Origin: Balanoglossus misakiensis
Taxonomy: Eukaryota > Animalia > Hemichordata
NCBI GenBank assembly: GCA_040954595.2
Contig: CM082583.2
Location: 2,180,925 to 2,244,924, forward strand
Direction of reading: 5' to 3'
Length of the DNA: 64,000 nt
Shown: positions 48,776-62,630 of the stretch, in pieces
How the letters are laid out: every line of letters starts with the position of its first letter
How positions within the stretch are numbered: position 1 is the stretch's first letter
The notes under the pieces: model-generated
Seen by the model: the letters and a program-made list of their open reading frames with translations, nothing else
Database searches by the model: none
Told to the model about the DNA's origin: nothing
Program-made: the position numbers and the translations under genes

Positions 48776-49351
48776 AAAAAACACAATTTTAAGAGGGTTT
48801 TGAGAAACTTGTACTATGTTGCCAGCCACCACAGCCCCATATCAATCATCTCAGAGAGTCATAATGTGCTGATCGGACCTTTGACTCTATAATTGCTCTG
48901 ACATTGACTTCAAATGTTGAGGTTTATTTGCAATGAAACAAGGTTGAATTCTCGTTTTTCACTTGGTTGACTGACAAACTTAGACATAGAATGCCATGGT
49001 GCTATTCTCTGGCATTGTTGATAAAGAAAGAATAGGTGATCAGTTCTGCGAAGCAGCTGACCAGATGTCTTGATGGCCCTGCTTAGCGAGAACTCAGAAT
49101 TGTATATCTGCTGGCCAAGAATTATACAATTATGAGTTTAGTCCAAATTGCATTCTTTGGTCAATTACCTCTGTATGCCTGATTCTAGATGTTGGAAAAA
49201 ACCATAAACAACCTTGTTTATTTGGGTAGATTTTATGCGACCAAGAAGGTGGAAACTTAACATAGTCCTTTGTGGTAGACTTACATTATACAAATGAGGA
49301 CTAGAGAGAGGGTCACATTTAAGCACTTTGGGTACAGTTTGATATGACCAA

Positions 49352-49581
49352 TGATAAGGGTACGATTATAAACATTGGACTTGTTGAAAGGACTTGACCC
49401 CTGACCTCGCGTGTTCAGGCGCCCTCTTGAGTCGGGCGGAATTATTGCTTTTGTGTGTGGTGTTTTAGGGCGAGTTCCCTTGTGTACATGTTGACGTTAC
49501 GAGTTCCCGTTTTCCAGAATATACTGACTGAAACGATACCGTTGGCTGGTGTGTGCTTTCTTATAATTTCCCTCCTTAACA
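49352..49581 (+). repeat. 5' LTR of Gypsy 2
   Basis: Identical by eye to 54529-54758. Confidence 0.95.
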
Positions 49582-49698
49582 TTGGTGGCAGCGGTGGGAT
49601 AGTGCTGTGACTGGAAGGGCCGTTACTTCTTTGTTGGGACTGTACCAGACTGATCGACATTACCCGCGGTTCAGAAGAAGTGTAGCATTCAACACAAA

Positions 49699-50565
49699 AT
49701 GGCGGCCACGTTGATGACTTGGGATGGGAGTGATGGTACGGAGATTGAGAGCCATATTTGTCAGGTGGAGGCATACTTTGTTGCCAAAGATGTTACAGAT
49801 GAACGGAAGAAAGTAGCCAGCCTCCATTTGTCTTTGAAGGGTGAGCCTAAGAACTTTTTCACGCAACTGCAAGCCAGCCAGACAGATACATTTGAAAATG
49901 CGTCAAAAGCCCTAAAAGATCGGTTCAAGTCGATGAAAACAACGACACAGTATCAGCAAGAACTGGCAGAACGCAAGCAAAAAGCTGGTGAGTCAGCACA
50001 AGAGTTGAAATTTGCCATCATAGACCTTGTTTCGCGTGCCTATCCCGAGGTCAAAGATGAAACAACGCGCCTAACACTGGCAGTTGCTCATTTCCGTACA
50101 GCATTACATGGTGACATAAGCAGGAAACTGTCCTGGATAACAACTGAAAAGGAGACTTTAGATGACTTAGTGAAACGAGCTGTACAGTTGGAGAGAGATT
50201 CCTCTTCAATCAGAATAGTAGAAAGTGGCGCTGCAAATAACACTGAGGATGCTGTTGTTACTGATGAACTGCTCAAAAAGTTAGACGAACTTGCGACCGG
50301 ACAGGCAAAGCTGGCAGGTACAGTTGCTGCAATACAAACACAACAACAACAGAACAGAAATGGTTATAATCAGAGGACACCACGAACCTGTTACACATGT
50401 GGTAAAACTGGCCATATTGCCCGGAATTGCCGTGCTGGTCAGCGAGGTCCGGTAGGAGCATTGAACAGGTTTCGGGGCCTGTGTCACAGATGTCAGCAGG
50501 TTGGCCATCGTGCTGCTGAATGTACAGCACCGGCACCAGTGCAAGCACATCCGGGAAACTTCTAA
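49699..50565 (+). CDS. gag: Gag with two CCHC zinc knuckles
   Basis: RKQKAGES, CYTCGKTGHIARNC, CHRCQQVGHRAAEC; intact 288 aa. Confidence 0.93.
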   Translation: MAATLMTWDGSDGTEIESHICQVEAYFVAKDVTDERKKVASLHLSLKGEPKNFFTQLQASQTDTFENASKALKDRFKSMKTTTQYQQELAERKQKAGESAQELKFAIIDLVSRAYPEVKDETTRLTLAVAHFRTALHGDISRKLSWITTEKETLDDLVKRAVQLERDSSSIRIVESGAANNTEDAVVTDELLKKLDELATGQAKLAGTVAAIQTQQQQNRNGYNQRTPRTCYTCGKTGHIARNCRAGQRGPVGALNRFRGLCHRCQQVGHRAAECTAPAPVQAHPGNF

Positions 50566-53500
50566 GGGCTGGAGGTGGTGGTCAGTCTCCTTCAGCAAGA
50601 AACCAGCTGACCGAACCTGTTGTGTCTGTTGCATCACTGGCGGGACCACTACCGAATGGTATTGAGATTGAAGGATTTATTGGAGGAAAGAAATGTACGT
50701 GGTTGATAGACACTGGTGCCCAGATAAGTGTTGTTGTTGATACATTGATTGAAGGAGCCCAAGGAACTCTTTTACCCCCACTTTATAACCCCCAAGGAGC
50801 GAATGGGAGCAGCCTTGGAACTGTATGTGATATTGTGACAGACTGCCACGTCGGTAAACATAAAGTCAGCCAGCACCGATTTACCGTAGTCAAACATTCA
50901 ACATACCCAGCCATCATTGGCATGGATATTTTCCCTTCATTGCCAATCCATTTGTCAATTGGGACTGATGTTTACTACGATTCCAGTTCGCTGTCACATG
51001 GCGAGAAATCACAGAGACTGGGCAGATCAAGGCATAATGAATGTAAAACGGACATGCGTCCACAACAGCCAACAATCTGTCGCATCCAAGCCAAAGAGCC
51101 AATCACTGTTTTGCCGCGGCGTATGTGTGTGATTGAAGGCACAGTGGAGTATAACTTGAGTCCAGGGACAGTTGGTATTGTTGAATCAGCAGGATCCGAA
51201 GGAAGTGAACGTATGGGCATTGGTTGTGGACGAGTGTTAGATGTAATACGTACCGGAAGCAAAGTCCTAATGCACATGACCAACCCATCCAATACTACTT
51301 GTGAAATTGCTGCAGGATCCACTATTGGTACATTTTCCACAAACATTTGCGATACACCACCAGTTCAGGCTGTGACTTCAAAGACTACAAAAGCACAGAG
51401 AGCAGCAAAAGTGGATAAAATGGCACGTTCTTTTGCTAGCGAAGCTGACATTACAGGGAGTGAAAAACACCGACTGTATAAACTGATTCAATCAAATAGT
51501 GATGTGTTTTCAGTCGAAGGAGAACTGGGGTTGACCGATAAGATAGAACATGAAATTCCTACAGGCCAGGCAGCTCCTACAGCTCAACCGCCACGACGTG
51601 TGCCCTTCAACAAACTGCATGAGGTGGAGAACTTCATACAGGATGGTCTGAAGGCAAATGTGATCAGACCGAGCCATAGCCCATGGTCGAGCCCTTTGGT
51701 ACTTGTGAAGAAGCAGAATGGCTCAACACGCTTCTGTGTTGATTTTCGACAGTTAAATGAAGTAACTGTTGGCGATTCATTTCCGATTCCACGAATTGAT
51801 GACAGTCTAGCAGCACTTGGCGGGGCAAAGATATTCACCACACTTGATTTAGCGAAGGGGTATTGGCAGTTACCTGTGAAGGAATCGGACCGCCACAAAA
51901 CAGCATTTGCCTGTCACAGAGGCTTGTTTGAGTTCAACACCATGCCCTTTGGGCTCAAGGGAGCCCCTGCAACTTTTCAGAGACTTATGACATCAGTTTT
52001 TAGCGAACTGAACTGGGAGATAGTGTTAATCTACCTTGATGATGTCATTGTATTTTCGAGCAGTTTTGATGAGCACCTGGAGCACCTGCGAATAGTGTTT
52101 GGAAAGCTTCGTGCAGCTTGCTTGAAATTGAATGTGGAGAAGTGTGTTTTTGCTCGGAAGCAGGTGAAGTACCTAGGCTATATTGTTGGCGAAGAGGGCA
52201 TACAACCGGACCCAGACAAAGTATCTGCGATTTCAAATTACCCAAGACCACAGTCTGTTGCCGAGTTGCGTCGCTTCTTAGGTATGGCGTCGTATTATCG
52301 ACGTTTCATCAACAAATTTGCAGACATAGCTCATCCCCTACATGAACTCACCCAGAAAAATGTAGGTTATAACTGGACCAATGCTTGTCAGGATGCATTT
52401 GATCAACTGAGAGAAAAGCTGATGTCATACCCTGTGTTGGTATATCCATGTTTCACAGAAGACTTTGTCGTTGAGACTGACGCCAGTGATATCGGTTTGG
52501 GTGCACTCCTTTGCCAAAGTGGCCATGTCATAGAATATGCGTCTAGAGCGTTGAACAAGGCAGAAAAGAACTACTCAGCAACAGAGAAAGAATGCCTTGG
52601 AGTTGTATGGGCCCTCGAGAAATTTGGCATGTACTTGGAAGGGAGACCTTTTACTGTGATAACGGATCACAAACCCCTGACGTACCTACGGCAACTGAAG
52701 CAACCTAAAGGAAAGCTAGCACGTTGGCGGGTAACACTAGACAACTACGACTTCACAATTTCACACAGGCCAGGGAAGTTGATGACTGTGGCTGATGCAT
52801 TGTCAAGAGCACCACATGTTCATGCAGTTACTTTGGCCGGCATTTGGACGATAGACGAACTAGTCAGACTACAGCAAAATGATCAACATGTTGGCATAAT
52901 GCGTCGTTGGGTAAAGGATGGCACAAAACCCAGAAACATTCCAAACCATGTCAACAGTTTCCTTGTCAAAGATGGGAAAATGTTGGACTTCCGTGACGAT
53001 TTGTTGGTTCTCAAGACAAAGAAGGGGGACATGCCAGTAGAACAAGTTGTTATTCCACAGACAGAAGCAGAGCGTGTACTCACAGCACTTCATGACGAAC
53101 TTGGACACTTTGGACCAGCTAAAACAAAATCAGCCGTCGGTTCAAGGTATTTCTGGTTTCACTGGAAAAGAGATGTCAATTTGTGGTGTCGCTCATGTCA
53201 GTCATGCTTACAGCGCAAAACTCCAACTATACCTGACCGCCCACCTGAAGGTGATTTACCAATTCCTGATCGACCCCTTCAGTGGTGGCACATGGATTTT
53301 GCAGGACCTTTACCTAAGACACCACGTGGAAACAGATACATCTTTTCGCTAACAGACCCAATCAGTAAATGGGTAGAAGCATTCGCAGTGCCTGATGAGA
53401 CAGCCAAAACAACAGCGGCCGTAATATATGATGAGATTGTTTGTCGATATGGAATACCTGAAGGGTTACATTCGGACCAAGGGAAAAACTTTGAAGCTTG

Positions 53501-54390
53501 TGTCTTGAAGGAGTTGTGTCAACGGCTGGGTATTCAACGCACGCGCAGTTCACCGTACAATCCACGCGGCAATGGCCAAGTTGAACGGATGAACAAGACG
53601 ACTGCAGAACGTCTGTCTATGATGATTGAAGCGGCTGATCAGACAGACTGGGATGACAAACTTCCAACTGCGCTGTCTGCTATCAGAACAGTTGAGAGTA
53701 GTGTTACACAGGAAACGCCATACTACATGCTGTTTGGATATGAAGCTCGCAACAAGGCAGATTTCTTATCCCCAGCGACATCTGCGCATAGAGGGAGGAG
53801 AGGTGTGGAAGATTACTCGAAACGGTTGGACAATCTCAAGAGGATTCATGAAGCGGGGAGGAGAAGAATACTGGCCGAACATGAGACTCGACACAAGCGC
53901 CAGGAACCACAAGTACATTTCAGGCCATTTTCGGTGGGGGAGAAAGTGTGGATATTCAATCTGAAGAGAAGAAAGGGACTCTCTAAGAAACTAGTTGGAG
54001 AACGTTGGCAAGGACCCTATATTGTCAACAGTCGTACTGGACAAACAACCTACCAATTACGACCAATCGGTGTTCACGGAAAAATTCAAAGTAGTGAACC
54101 ATAGGCGTTTGAAAAGACACCAGGAAAGGCCGCCTCACCTCTCCCAGTGTTATAGCAGTTCCGAGGCAAGTGAGGAAACTGAGAATTCAGAGGAGGAGCC
54201 AGAAACACCCGTATGTTTGCCGTACTCGGAGTCTGATAGTGAAGTCGATCATCTGGACGGTGCAAATATACACTCTGATGATGGACATCCACTGGAGCAG
54301 TTGGGAGATGCAGAAGTGCAAAGACCACAACGGATGCGTCGTACACCCCAGTGGCACCAGGATTATTGTATGAGCGAAGACAGTGACTGA
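50520..54390 (+). CDS. pol: Pol (protease-RT-RNaseH-integrase); 1-nt shift in the A-run at 54080-54084 near the C-terminus
   Basis: LIDTGA, RFCVDFR, YLDD, TDAS, HHCC, DFAGP, HSDQG, GQVER, WQGPY; the tail KFKVVNHRRLK continues in the 53995-54390 frame. Confidence 0.95.
50553..50612 (+). promoter_or_regulatory. -1 programmed ribosomal frameshift signal (slippery heptamer + predicted pseudoknot)
   Basis: G GGA AAC in the gag frame just before the gag stop; pol is in the -1 frame; stems gctggagg/ccttcagc and ggtcag/ctgacc. Confidence 0.75.
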
Positions 54391-54528
54391 ATTGTTGTTG
54401 GACCATGTTGTGCATGATACTTTCTCAAATGACACTTGTTACAACTGATAAACTTTTAGTGATTAGCACAAACATTCAATTGCATGCTGTTTCAATGTTT
54501 TGAATTGCCGTAGTTTAGGACGGAGGAG

Positions 54529-54758
54529 TGATAAGGGTACGATTATAAACATTGGACTTGTTGAAAGGACTTGACCCCTGACCTCGCGTGTTCAGGCGCC
54601 CTCTTGAGTCGGGCGGAATTATTGCTTTTGTGTGTGGTGTTTTAGGGCGAGTTCCCTTGTGTACATGTTGACGTTACGAGTTCCCGTTTTCCAGAATATA
54701 CTGACTGAAACGATACCGTTGGCTGGTGTGTGCTTTCTTATAATTTCCCTCCTTAACA
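54529..54758 (+). repeat. 3' LTR of Gypsy 2
   Basis: Follows the PPT, ends ccttaaCA, followed by TSD ccaa. Confidence 0.95.
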
Positions 54759-56279
54759 CCAAGCTGAGGTTGCATACTTGCATCTTAAATTATACCCCTT
54801 TGTGCGAGGGTTACGTCATTATACAAATTTGGACTAATATAGAGGGAGGGTAACACTGCTGCTGGGAGAGATCTGCATTTAACACGACTGATTGACCCCA
54901 ATTTCTTGTGCCTCCACCCCTCAGAATAAATGAAAGCTTTGTTACAGCATGGAGGTACTCTCTAGTACCTCCATGGTTACAGCAACCAATTCTCCCTACC
55001 TTAAATAGGTTTTGAGCTACCTAAGTAAGTGATGAAAATCTCATATGGTCAATACAATTTCAAGATGGCCGATTTTTGCCATGTTTAAAAAATGGGAGTT
55101 CATGAGCTAAAGTGATGATGGGTCATTCTGAAACTTTTTAACAGAAAAAATAACTAAATGTGAAAAAAGTTAAAATGAGTTGCTAACTACAAAAACAGAC
55201 ATGTTTGACCAAAGGAAGTCATGAAATACAGTAAACATATCATTTCTCTTACTACAGTGGGTTGTCGACTTTTTGCCCAGAATGCAATGTGATTTGACCC
55301 CTTGGCGCAAAGTGAAAACCTGTCGAGACTTTTTCAGAGGCCTATTTCTCATTAAAGACAACGTTAAAACCCCCATAAACCATATATATTCTGGAAGCTG
55401 AGTTTTTGAACTTTTGTTTGAGTTGCATATATTATTGATCCCCGGAAATGGTGGCGTTTTGGGGTTAAAAAACCCGTTTTTTTATATTATGTCATTCAGT
55501 TTAAATTAGGTAAAAAAGTTGACCATGCATCATGCATCTTAATATGTCATTCGAAACTAGAGTACATGTGCAAAAAAAAAGATAATTTTGTTTTGCGTTA
55601 TCTGCTTCCATTGAGTAGTAACAGCGTTTGAAAGTTACACTTTTAGAAAAATTTGATCAAATTCACGGTGAGTTGTATTGAATCAGAGTTTATTCCCGCC
55701 AGGGACAAATTATCGACTAACAAAAAATCAGTTTTTTTGGATGTGTCATACACAATCCCCTGTTAAAATTTGAGCAAATTCAGCGAACTCAGAGCGAAGC
55801 TAAATTCTTCTGAAGTTGTCAAGAGCAGCAAAAATGCAAACTGAGAAAAACGGCCATTTGCATTGTTGACACCTACTATTTGTTAAGTTGTGGACTCGTT
55901 CAGAAAAGTGCTATTTTTGGGTGATTATGCACCATTTCCGCCAAGACGTATTAGTCAGGATGTGGATCAGTATAAGACCTACCGATTTATGTAAAAAAGT
56001 AAATTTTGGCAAAAATCACAACTTTTCATGCAATGCCACCTTAAGGCAGCCAGAATTCATATTACCCCTCCAGTCAGTGCAGATATAAGACCACACATTT
56101 AAAAAATGTATTTTTTTATTTTTTTAATAATTAGTGTACACATCTGCATTGAACTAAATATAAATAAAATAAATAAATATATACACTGAGTAAATAAACT
56201 AAGTAAATAAATGTATGCTAACTAAACCTATGCTACCTAAACTAATTAGATAAACCTAATTAACTAAATACTAAACTTA

Positions 56280-56494
56280 TACTAATTAACTAAGAACTAA
56301 CTAACTAACTAACTAACTAACTAATTTACTTACTAACTAACTAACTAACTCACTCACTCACTAACTAACTAACTAAACTATTCAAAAGTTTGGACAAATA
56401 CATGTGTACACTCACACACTCACTCACTCACTTAGACAGACAGACAGACAGACGGACAGACAGACGGACGGACGGAGGGACGGACGGACGGACG

Positions 56495-56530
<36 letters not shown>
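56280..56530. repeat. Compound tetranucleotide microsatellites (CTAA/CTCA)n and (GACA/GACG)n
   Basis: Directly visible. Confidence 0.9.
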
Positions 56531-57974
56531 GGTGTATCAAAATGGGTATTACTGAGGAGGGGGGGGGCAGTTTGGGCCAAGACTGGTTGGGGCATTTCAG
56601 AGGACATTTCAAAATCAAATTTACTTGAGGCAACCTGAGGAAATTGTTAAGACGGGATCTCATGTGCCATGGTTAGGGCGCTCCTTTTTTTATAATTATC
56701 ATAAGTGGGTAAACATTTATTATCAGCGACTTCAAAATCTTGCGTCCACACATGTTATTTGAGTTTCAAATAGGTCGGAGATCAACAGGCATTTGCATGA
56801 TCCATACCGATTCATGGTAACTTTTCATTGGAGGTTGCACTTGAAAGACAAAATGCAAAGTAGTTTTTTTTTGTTATGAAAAAAAAGTTACATGAAAAAC
56901 CTGCTTGATTTCCGATCCATATATTGTATAGCAGCATTCAAGTAAACAAGCTTTGCCAGTGTTCTGGTCAGTTTTTTTTTTCGCTTTTCGAACTCTTACT
57001 CGTATCTTCTTGAGAAAACTCACAGCTTGGGTTTTAAACAACAGAGGTGTTGCGGAATAAACTACAACCAAAAACACTAAGTAAATGTCTGAAAAATAAA
57101 CTTAATAAAGTATTCAAAGAAGATAAATGATTACAATCAAAGATAAAAGATTTGATTTCAAACAATTTTGCAGATTTGCCATTCAGGCAAATACAGCCAA
57201 AGCAACAGATGTCAAGCAAAGTGAGCAACTCTTACAACAAGGTGGAAAGTACAAATGCCTACAGATTGTTTAACCTTTGATTGAATGTTGATGCCATAGC
57301 GCATTGGATGGTATTGTGAAAATGTGTCACCTACATTGTGTTTCAATATAGCTCCCAGCAGTATTCACTTTGTGTGAACTTCTCCACGCCTTCAACCAAT
57401 TTGTCAGTCTTGTGGGTCATTTGTGAGGTGCTATGATTAACCCCTGCAACTGTCAATCCAGCAGAGGCAATGTTATTAACAATGAATTGCACATGCATAA
57501 CTGACTCAGAGGGCCCAGAGGGAAAACCAGTTTCATTCAAAAACGAAGAATAGCCGGTGCCTTGGGGGTCTAAACCATGGGATTTGCAACAATAACACTG
57601 TTGTTCCCCTGATATCAATGCATCCGTAGAAGAATTTGAAAAGCTTGGTGATAAAACTGCAGCAAATATGTAACATGCAAATGAATAGGAAGCCTTTGAT
57701 GGTCTGATAAAATAAACTAGCAGAAAAGCTGGAAAATATTGTCCCTGTGATGCATCGTTGGAGATCATACATTTTATGAATTTTTTTCTATGGATATGAA
57801 AATAGTGGTACTTAAAGAGTGTGACAACCTATGAACAAGGATTAATTCTCACTACTTCAGCCTTGAAACAGAAATGCACCAAATGTTTGATAATAACCAT
57901 AATAACAGTTCTTACAAAAAATGTGCTGTCTTTGGCCATGGCTATATGTTCCCTTTTGTTGAAAGAAGTTTGAC

Positions 57975-60900
57975 ACATCAAAGTCCAGCCAGCTTTTGAA
58001 AGCATGGGAACATTGTGACCTGCAGCAGGTTAGAAAGGGGGACAGATCACATTTTCGGGGGACAATATATCAGGACAGTGTTCTCCCTGGGAAAAATCAT
58101 AGAGCCAGGGCTAATTTCCCTAAAATTTACATAATCATAGCTTCTTTTGGACAAATTTTACCACAGCCGTTACTTATCAAGTATGTTGACATTGGCACAT
58201 TGTACTTACTAAGAAAGAATATTGTCTTTTTTATACCCAGTGCAAAGTAGCCCAAGTGAAATACTATTACTAGTGAAAGTATTTGAAATTGACCTGGAGT
58301 TACGAAGTCCGCTCCAATAAAACACCCTGATGTTCCCACGACTTGCTATGCCCCTCAAAAACTGTGATGTTGTCATATTTTTTACGCGCTAGCGACAACC
58401 AGTAGTAAGAGAGACTGATAAATCGATGCTGATATGATAGCCTGTTTATTGATGTTTTAAAATGGGGTAGAAATTTTGTAGATGGCAGACATTTAGAGGC
58501 TTAAAAACGGCGAATATTCAACAGTGTCGAGCAGTTTTCAAGTGGAAGTTGGGGGCCTTCGCGCTATATACAAATTTACTAGCATACGGATGGGACCTTT
58601 GACACAAGCCACATCTTGTGTCAGCTGCTCGATCACGCAAGTGGGCGGCTCAATTCAAGACACTGCGTTGTTTATCATGATGGTGGTTGTTGATTCTTTT
58701 TTGTTTGTTTATTTATTTGATTGTTTGTTTCCCCGAACAGAACGCCTAATTCACATGTGTCCTGGATGAAACACTGCCTGCCCATGCCAAGTTCACAAGT
58801 TTTCAGTGCGGGTTGTCTTTTACATCCTACTACATTATGTAATTTTGGGAAATTGGACATATCCTAAGACAAGACACCTCAGATTTTGTGTTAATTATGA
58901 TATACTGCCATTGGTGTATTTTTTTTTGGGGGGGGGAAAGATCAACATTCAGGATCAGATTAATTACTTTATCATAATTTTTTTGCAATCATACCCCATC
59001 CTATTCGAAACAAAATCAAATAGTGCAAAGTAATTCAAAGTTTACCTTATCAAGTAGGCATGAATCAGGGCAGGTGGCAATGAAATTTACCTGCCCTTCG
59101 TAATTATTACCGGCCCTGGGCCGCTGTTAATTTTATAAGCCTGTGCAGACGCGCAGACACATGGCATGACCTCCAACAAAAGTTGCTTCATCTTTTGTCA
59201 TGTTTAGCTGAGTTGTTACAATGCACGTACACTCAGTTGGTTGGTTGTGTTACTTAGGCTGTTGATGCGATTTATAGGACGTCTGTCTAAAGATAACTTG
59301 TGCACTGAATGAAATGGCAGCGCACTGCTCTTGACAGTGTGCAGAGCTGCGTTGCTTCTAGGGTGATTCAAGCCGTTGAAGGTGTGAAATCACTCAGTTG
59401 TGTTCACTAAATCATCAAAAATTGAAAGGAAGTAACAAGTTACAGTGAAAGCAAAGGAGGACGCAAAGCAAAAGTACAGGGGTGACAATCAGTCACATTA
59501 TTGCTCACTCAGGAAGAATGCATCACAGTGACCCATGAAGATTATTCCGTTGCGACAATCCAACGTTTATTGCGTCAAATGTCGCAAGACCGCACGCTAG
59601 CTGAAACACTGAAAGAGAGAGCATAATTGGTAGGCAGTCATACAACATTGGCACTTTTGTTTAAGTGTAAAGACAATCTAACTTTTGCCAAATATTCAGA
59701 GGGTATCAACTTCAAGGACAGAAAACGTGGACATTCCTGCCTGCTATTTAGGTTAGTGGTTAGAGGTTAATGTTAGAGGTTAGATTGGGGTTAAAGGTTA
59801 AGGTGCAATTGGAATAGAAGGCTGCAATGTTCAAGTGTAACTGTCCTGAAAGCAGTCATCTGAATATCTGTAGGCCTGCAAGGTCCTAACCAGTAGACTG
59901 TGATAATATGTGATTTCTAGACATAAGCAAGACATTCCTTCACTTGGTAACAGTATTGAATTTTATCATACAAGTAGTTTTTGTCTGTCTATCAGAACTA
60001 TCCGCTTTGCTTTGTAAAATTTTAATAAAAAGGAGGAAGTTTCAGATAATAAGTTGGAAAAACAAACGGGTGGCTTAGAATCCAAAATAGGTGCTCTCTC
60101 TCTCTGTTTAAAACACTAATACTATCTAAAATCACAAATGATAGAAATAAAACAATATACAGTGTTTCAGCTTTCGTGCGGCCTTGCGACATTTAATGCA
60201 ATAAATATTGGATTGTCACAACAAAATAAATCTTCATGGGTCACTGTGACACATTCTTCCTGAGTGAACAACAATATGACAGATTGTCACCTCCCGTACT
60301 TTTGCTTTGCGTCCACCTTTGCTTTCATTGTAACTTTCTCCTGCCTTTCAATTTTTTGATAATTTAGTGAACTCATTTGAGTGATTTCACACCTTCCACA
60401 GCTTGAATCACCCAAGAAGCAACGCAGCTCTGCACGCTGTCAAGAGCAGTGCGCTGCCGTCTCATTCAGTGCACAAGTTATCTTTAGACAGGCCTCCTAT
60501 AAATCGCATCAATAGCCTAGTAACACAAGCAACGCACTGAGCGCGTGCGCGCATTGTAACAACTCAGGTAAACATGACAAAAGATGAAGCAACTTTTGTT
60601 GGAGGTCATGCGTCTGCGCGTTTGCACAGGCTTATAAAATTAACAGCGGCCCAGGGCCAGTAAACTGCAAATGAACATGGTCGCCACCGTGAAAATATGC
60701 TAGAAACAAGGAAAACGTTGCATTTCCAACTATAAAATTTCATAAACAAAGCATGATCTCATCCACTACAATTATGGACGTAAATGTACTCTGCTGGGAC
60801 ATTACATTTTCATTTTTGATCGCAATATTGCAGAATTTTCGATTTTCTTTAACTTTTGGCCATTTTGTCATAAATAAGTGATCTAGATATACTATTATGA

Positions 60901-62630
60901 AATATCATTTAATAGACATAATTCAAAGGACATATGGGATTATTTAAAACTTAAAATTTTTATCCAGTTGCAGCTCATGTGCCTTTAATCTAATCCTGAA
61001 TGTTGATCTCCCCCCCCCCCCCCCACCAATATCGAAAACAGAGGAATGGCATAAACAAAAGATCAGCTGATTGTAGTCAATCCATGTACTGCACATTTCT
61101 AGTATCATATTCAAACATCAGGAAATAAATAATGAAGGTTTATTAACGCAAGTGAAAATATATTAAGGGTTCTGCTGAAATATATCTGAAAAAGTTTTGA
61201 TTTTTGTGAAATCTTGGTGAGGACTCAGGCAATATTTGCATTCATTTGTGTTCTCAGGAAAGTTCACGTATACGGGCGCTCAGAAGGTTGCAATACATAA
61301 ACAAACTCGCCCTCGATCGACCCTCCATACTGCGTAGACAACATGACAGTGACAATTGCGGCATAACTTTTTACGTATAACTTCGTTGATATGACTGCCT
61401 TGTACATGGTTCAGGGTATGTATGGTAAACGAATGTCGAATCCAGTATCATCGAGAGGTTTGCTTTACGTGTGGGACCGAGCCATGTTGAAAACTGCGCG
61501 TGATTCAAGAGCAGATGACATGTAGTGCCGCATTAAGAAGAAACAAATAAACAAATCGCTAGTCAAGGTCAGATTTGAAATTAATAAATATCGCAGTACA
61601 TTGTATTTATTCTGTGAATGTTTGCATTTCTTTTTTAGCCCTTAATATGTTCGCATTGTTTTAAAGCTCCGTTATTCAGTCAGAAATTGTCCACGTCTGG
61701 CTGGTTCTTGAGTGTGTCGCGCGTCCACGTCATAACACGATACATTATCTGTAATAATTTACAGCTATGACGTCACAAAATTCACTTGATAAAGCTATAA
61801 TGTTTAGTATATTATATCGACGTTGAGGGGCCTTAGTGATGTCCAAAAGAACCTATAAGTATGTAAATTTTATGGAAATTAGCCCCGACACTATGATTAT
61901 TCCCAGGGAGAACCCTGTCCTGATATATTGTCCCCCGAAAATATGATTTGTCCCCCTTTATAACCTGCTGCGGGTCACAATGTCCCCATGCTTCACAGTA
62001 CAATATTTTACCCACAATTCTCCATGATTTGTATATTTGAACGTTGCCCATTTAATATCTTTTTCTGTTTTACATGCTAACAATGATATGAAGTACATAT
62101 AAATTTATTTATTTTTATCTAGGAAAAGTATGTTGAGCAATTAATAGTGTGAAAATTTCAAAATCAAAATTAGAAGCCATAGGAATCTAGATATTCATGT
62201 ACTGCAAATGTCACACTTTAGGGGAAACAAGCAATGACTAACTGAGGTGGCCAGTCTCTGTTGAAAGTTAACATGTAAATTTCCTTTGTTCTGTCAATAG
62301 AAAAATCAATTTTTGTTTGATTAAACGGGTATTTCAAGTGTCCCTGTTTACTTCAAACTTTTTTGTATAGCTAGCTATGCAATTGCTTGATTATTTTATA
62401 AAATTAGTATCTCCTCTCTCAATAATGCATAATTTTAAAAATAATTTGAAATGGTTATTCACAGTAAGATTTGCCTTAAAAGTACGATCTCGAACTTGGT
62501 ATTAGTGATCTACAATTCTCTGTTCACATGTGCACTTTGCCTGGTTTGACAGAGGAATATCTGTTGGTACAAATCAGAATGAATCATGAGATATTTCTAG
62601 TACTGTGTGCTTTCAAAAGCTGGCTGAAAC
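57975..62630. repeat. Old imperfect inverted duplication centred near 59880
   Basis: Reverse-complement pairs: 59106-59615 / 60160-60664; 58927-58963 / 60985-61022; 58000-58153 / 61840-61993; 57985-58004 / 62608-62627. Confidence 0.8.

Larger units (their letters stand above)
49352..54758 (+). mobile_element. Full-length young Gypsy LTR retrotransposon 2
   Basis: 230-bp TG...CA LTRs, 4-bp TSD ccaa, PBS-Leu at 49583-49600, PPT aggacggaggag at 54517-54528. Confidence 0.97.

Noticed and set aside
56390-56663. RQTD-repeat ORFs
   Set aside because: Translation of the (GACA/GACG)n microsatellite.
57343-57768. 141-aa ORF as the next SLC16 exon or a novel gene
   Set aside because: Wrong strand for the SLC16 exon, with no recognisable motifs or convincing splice context.
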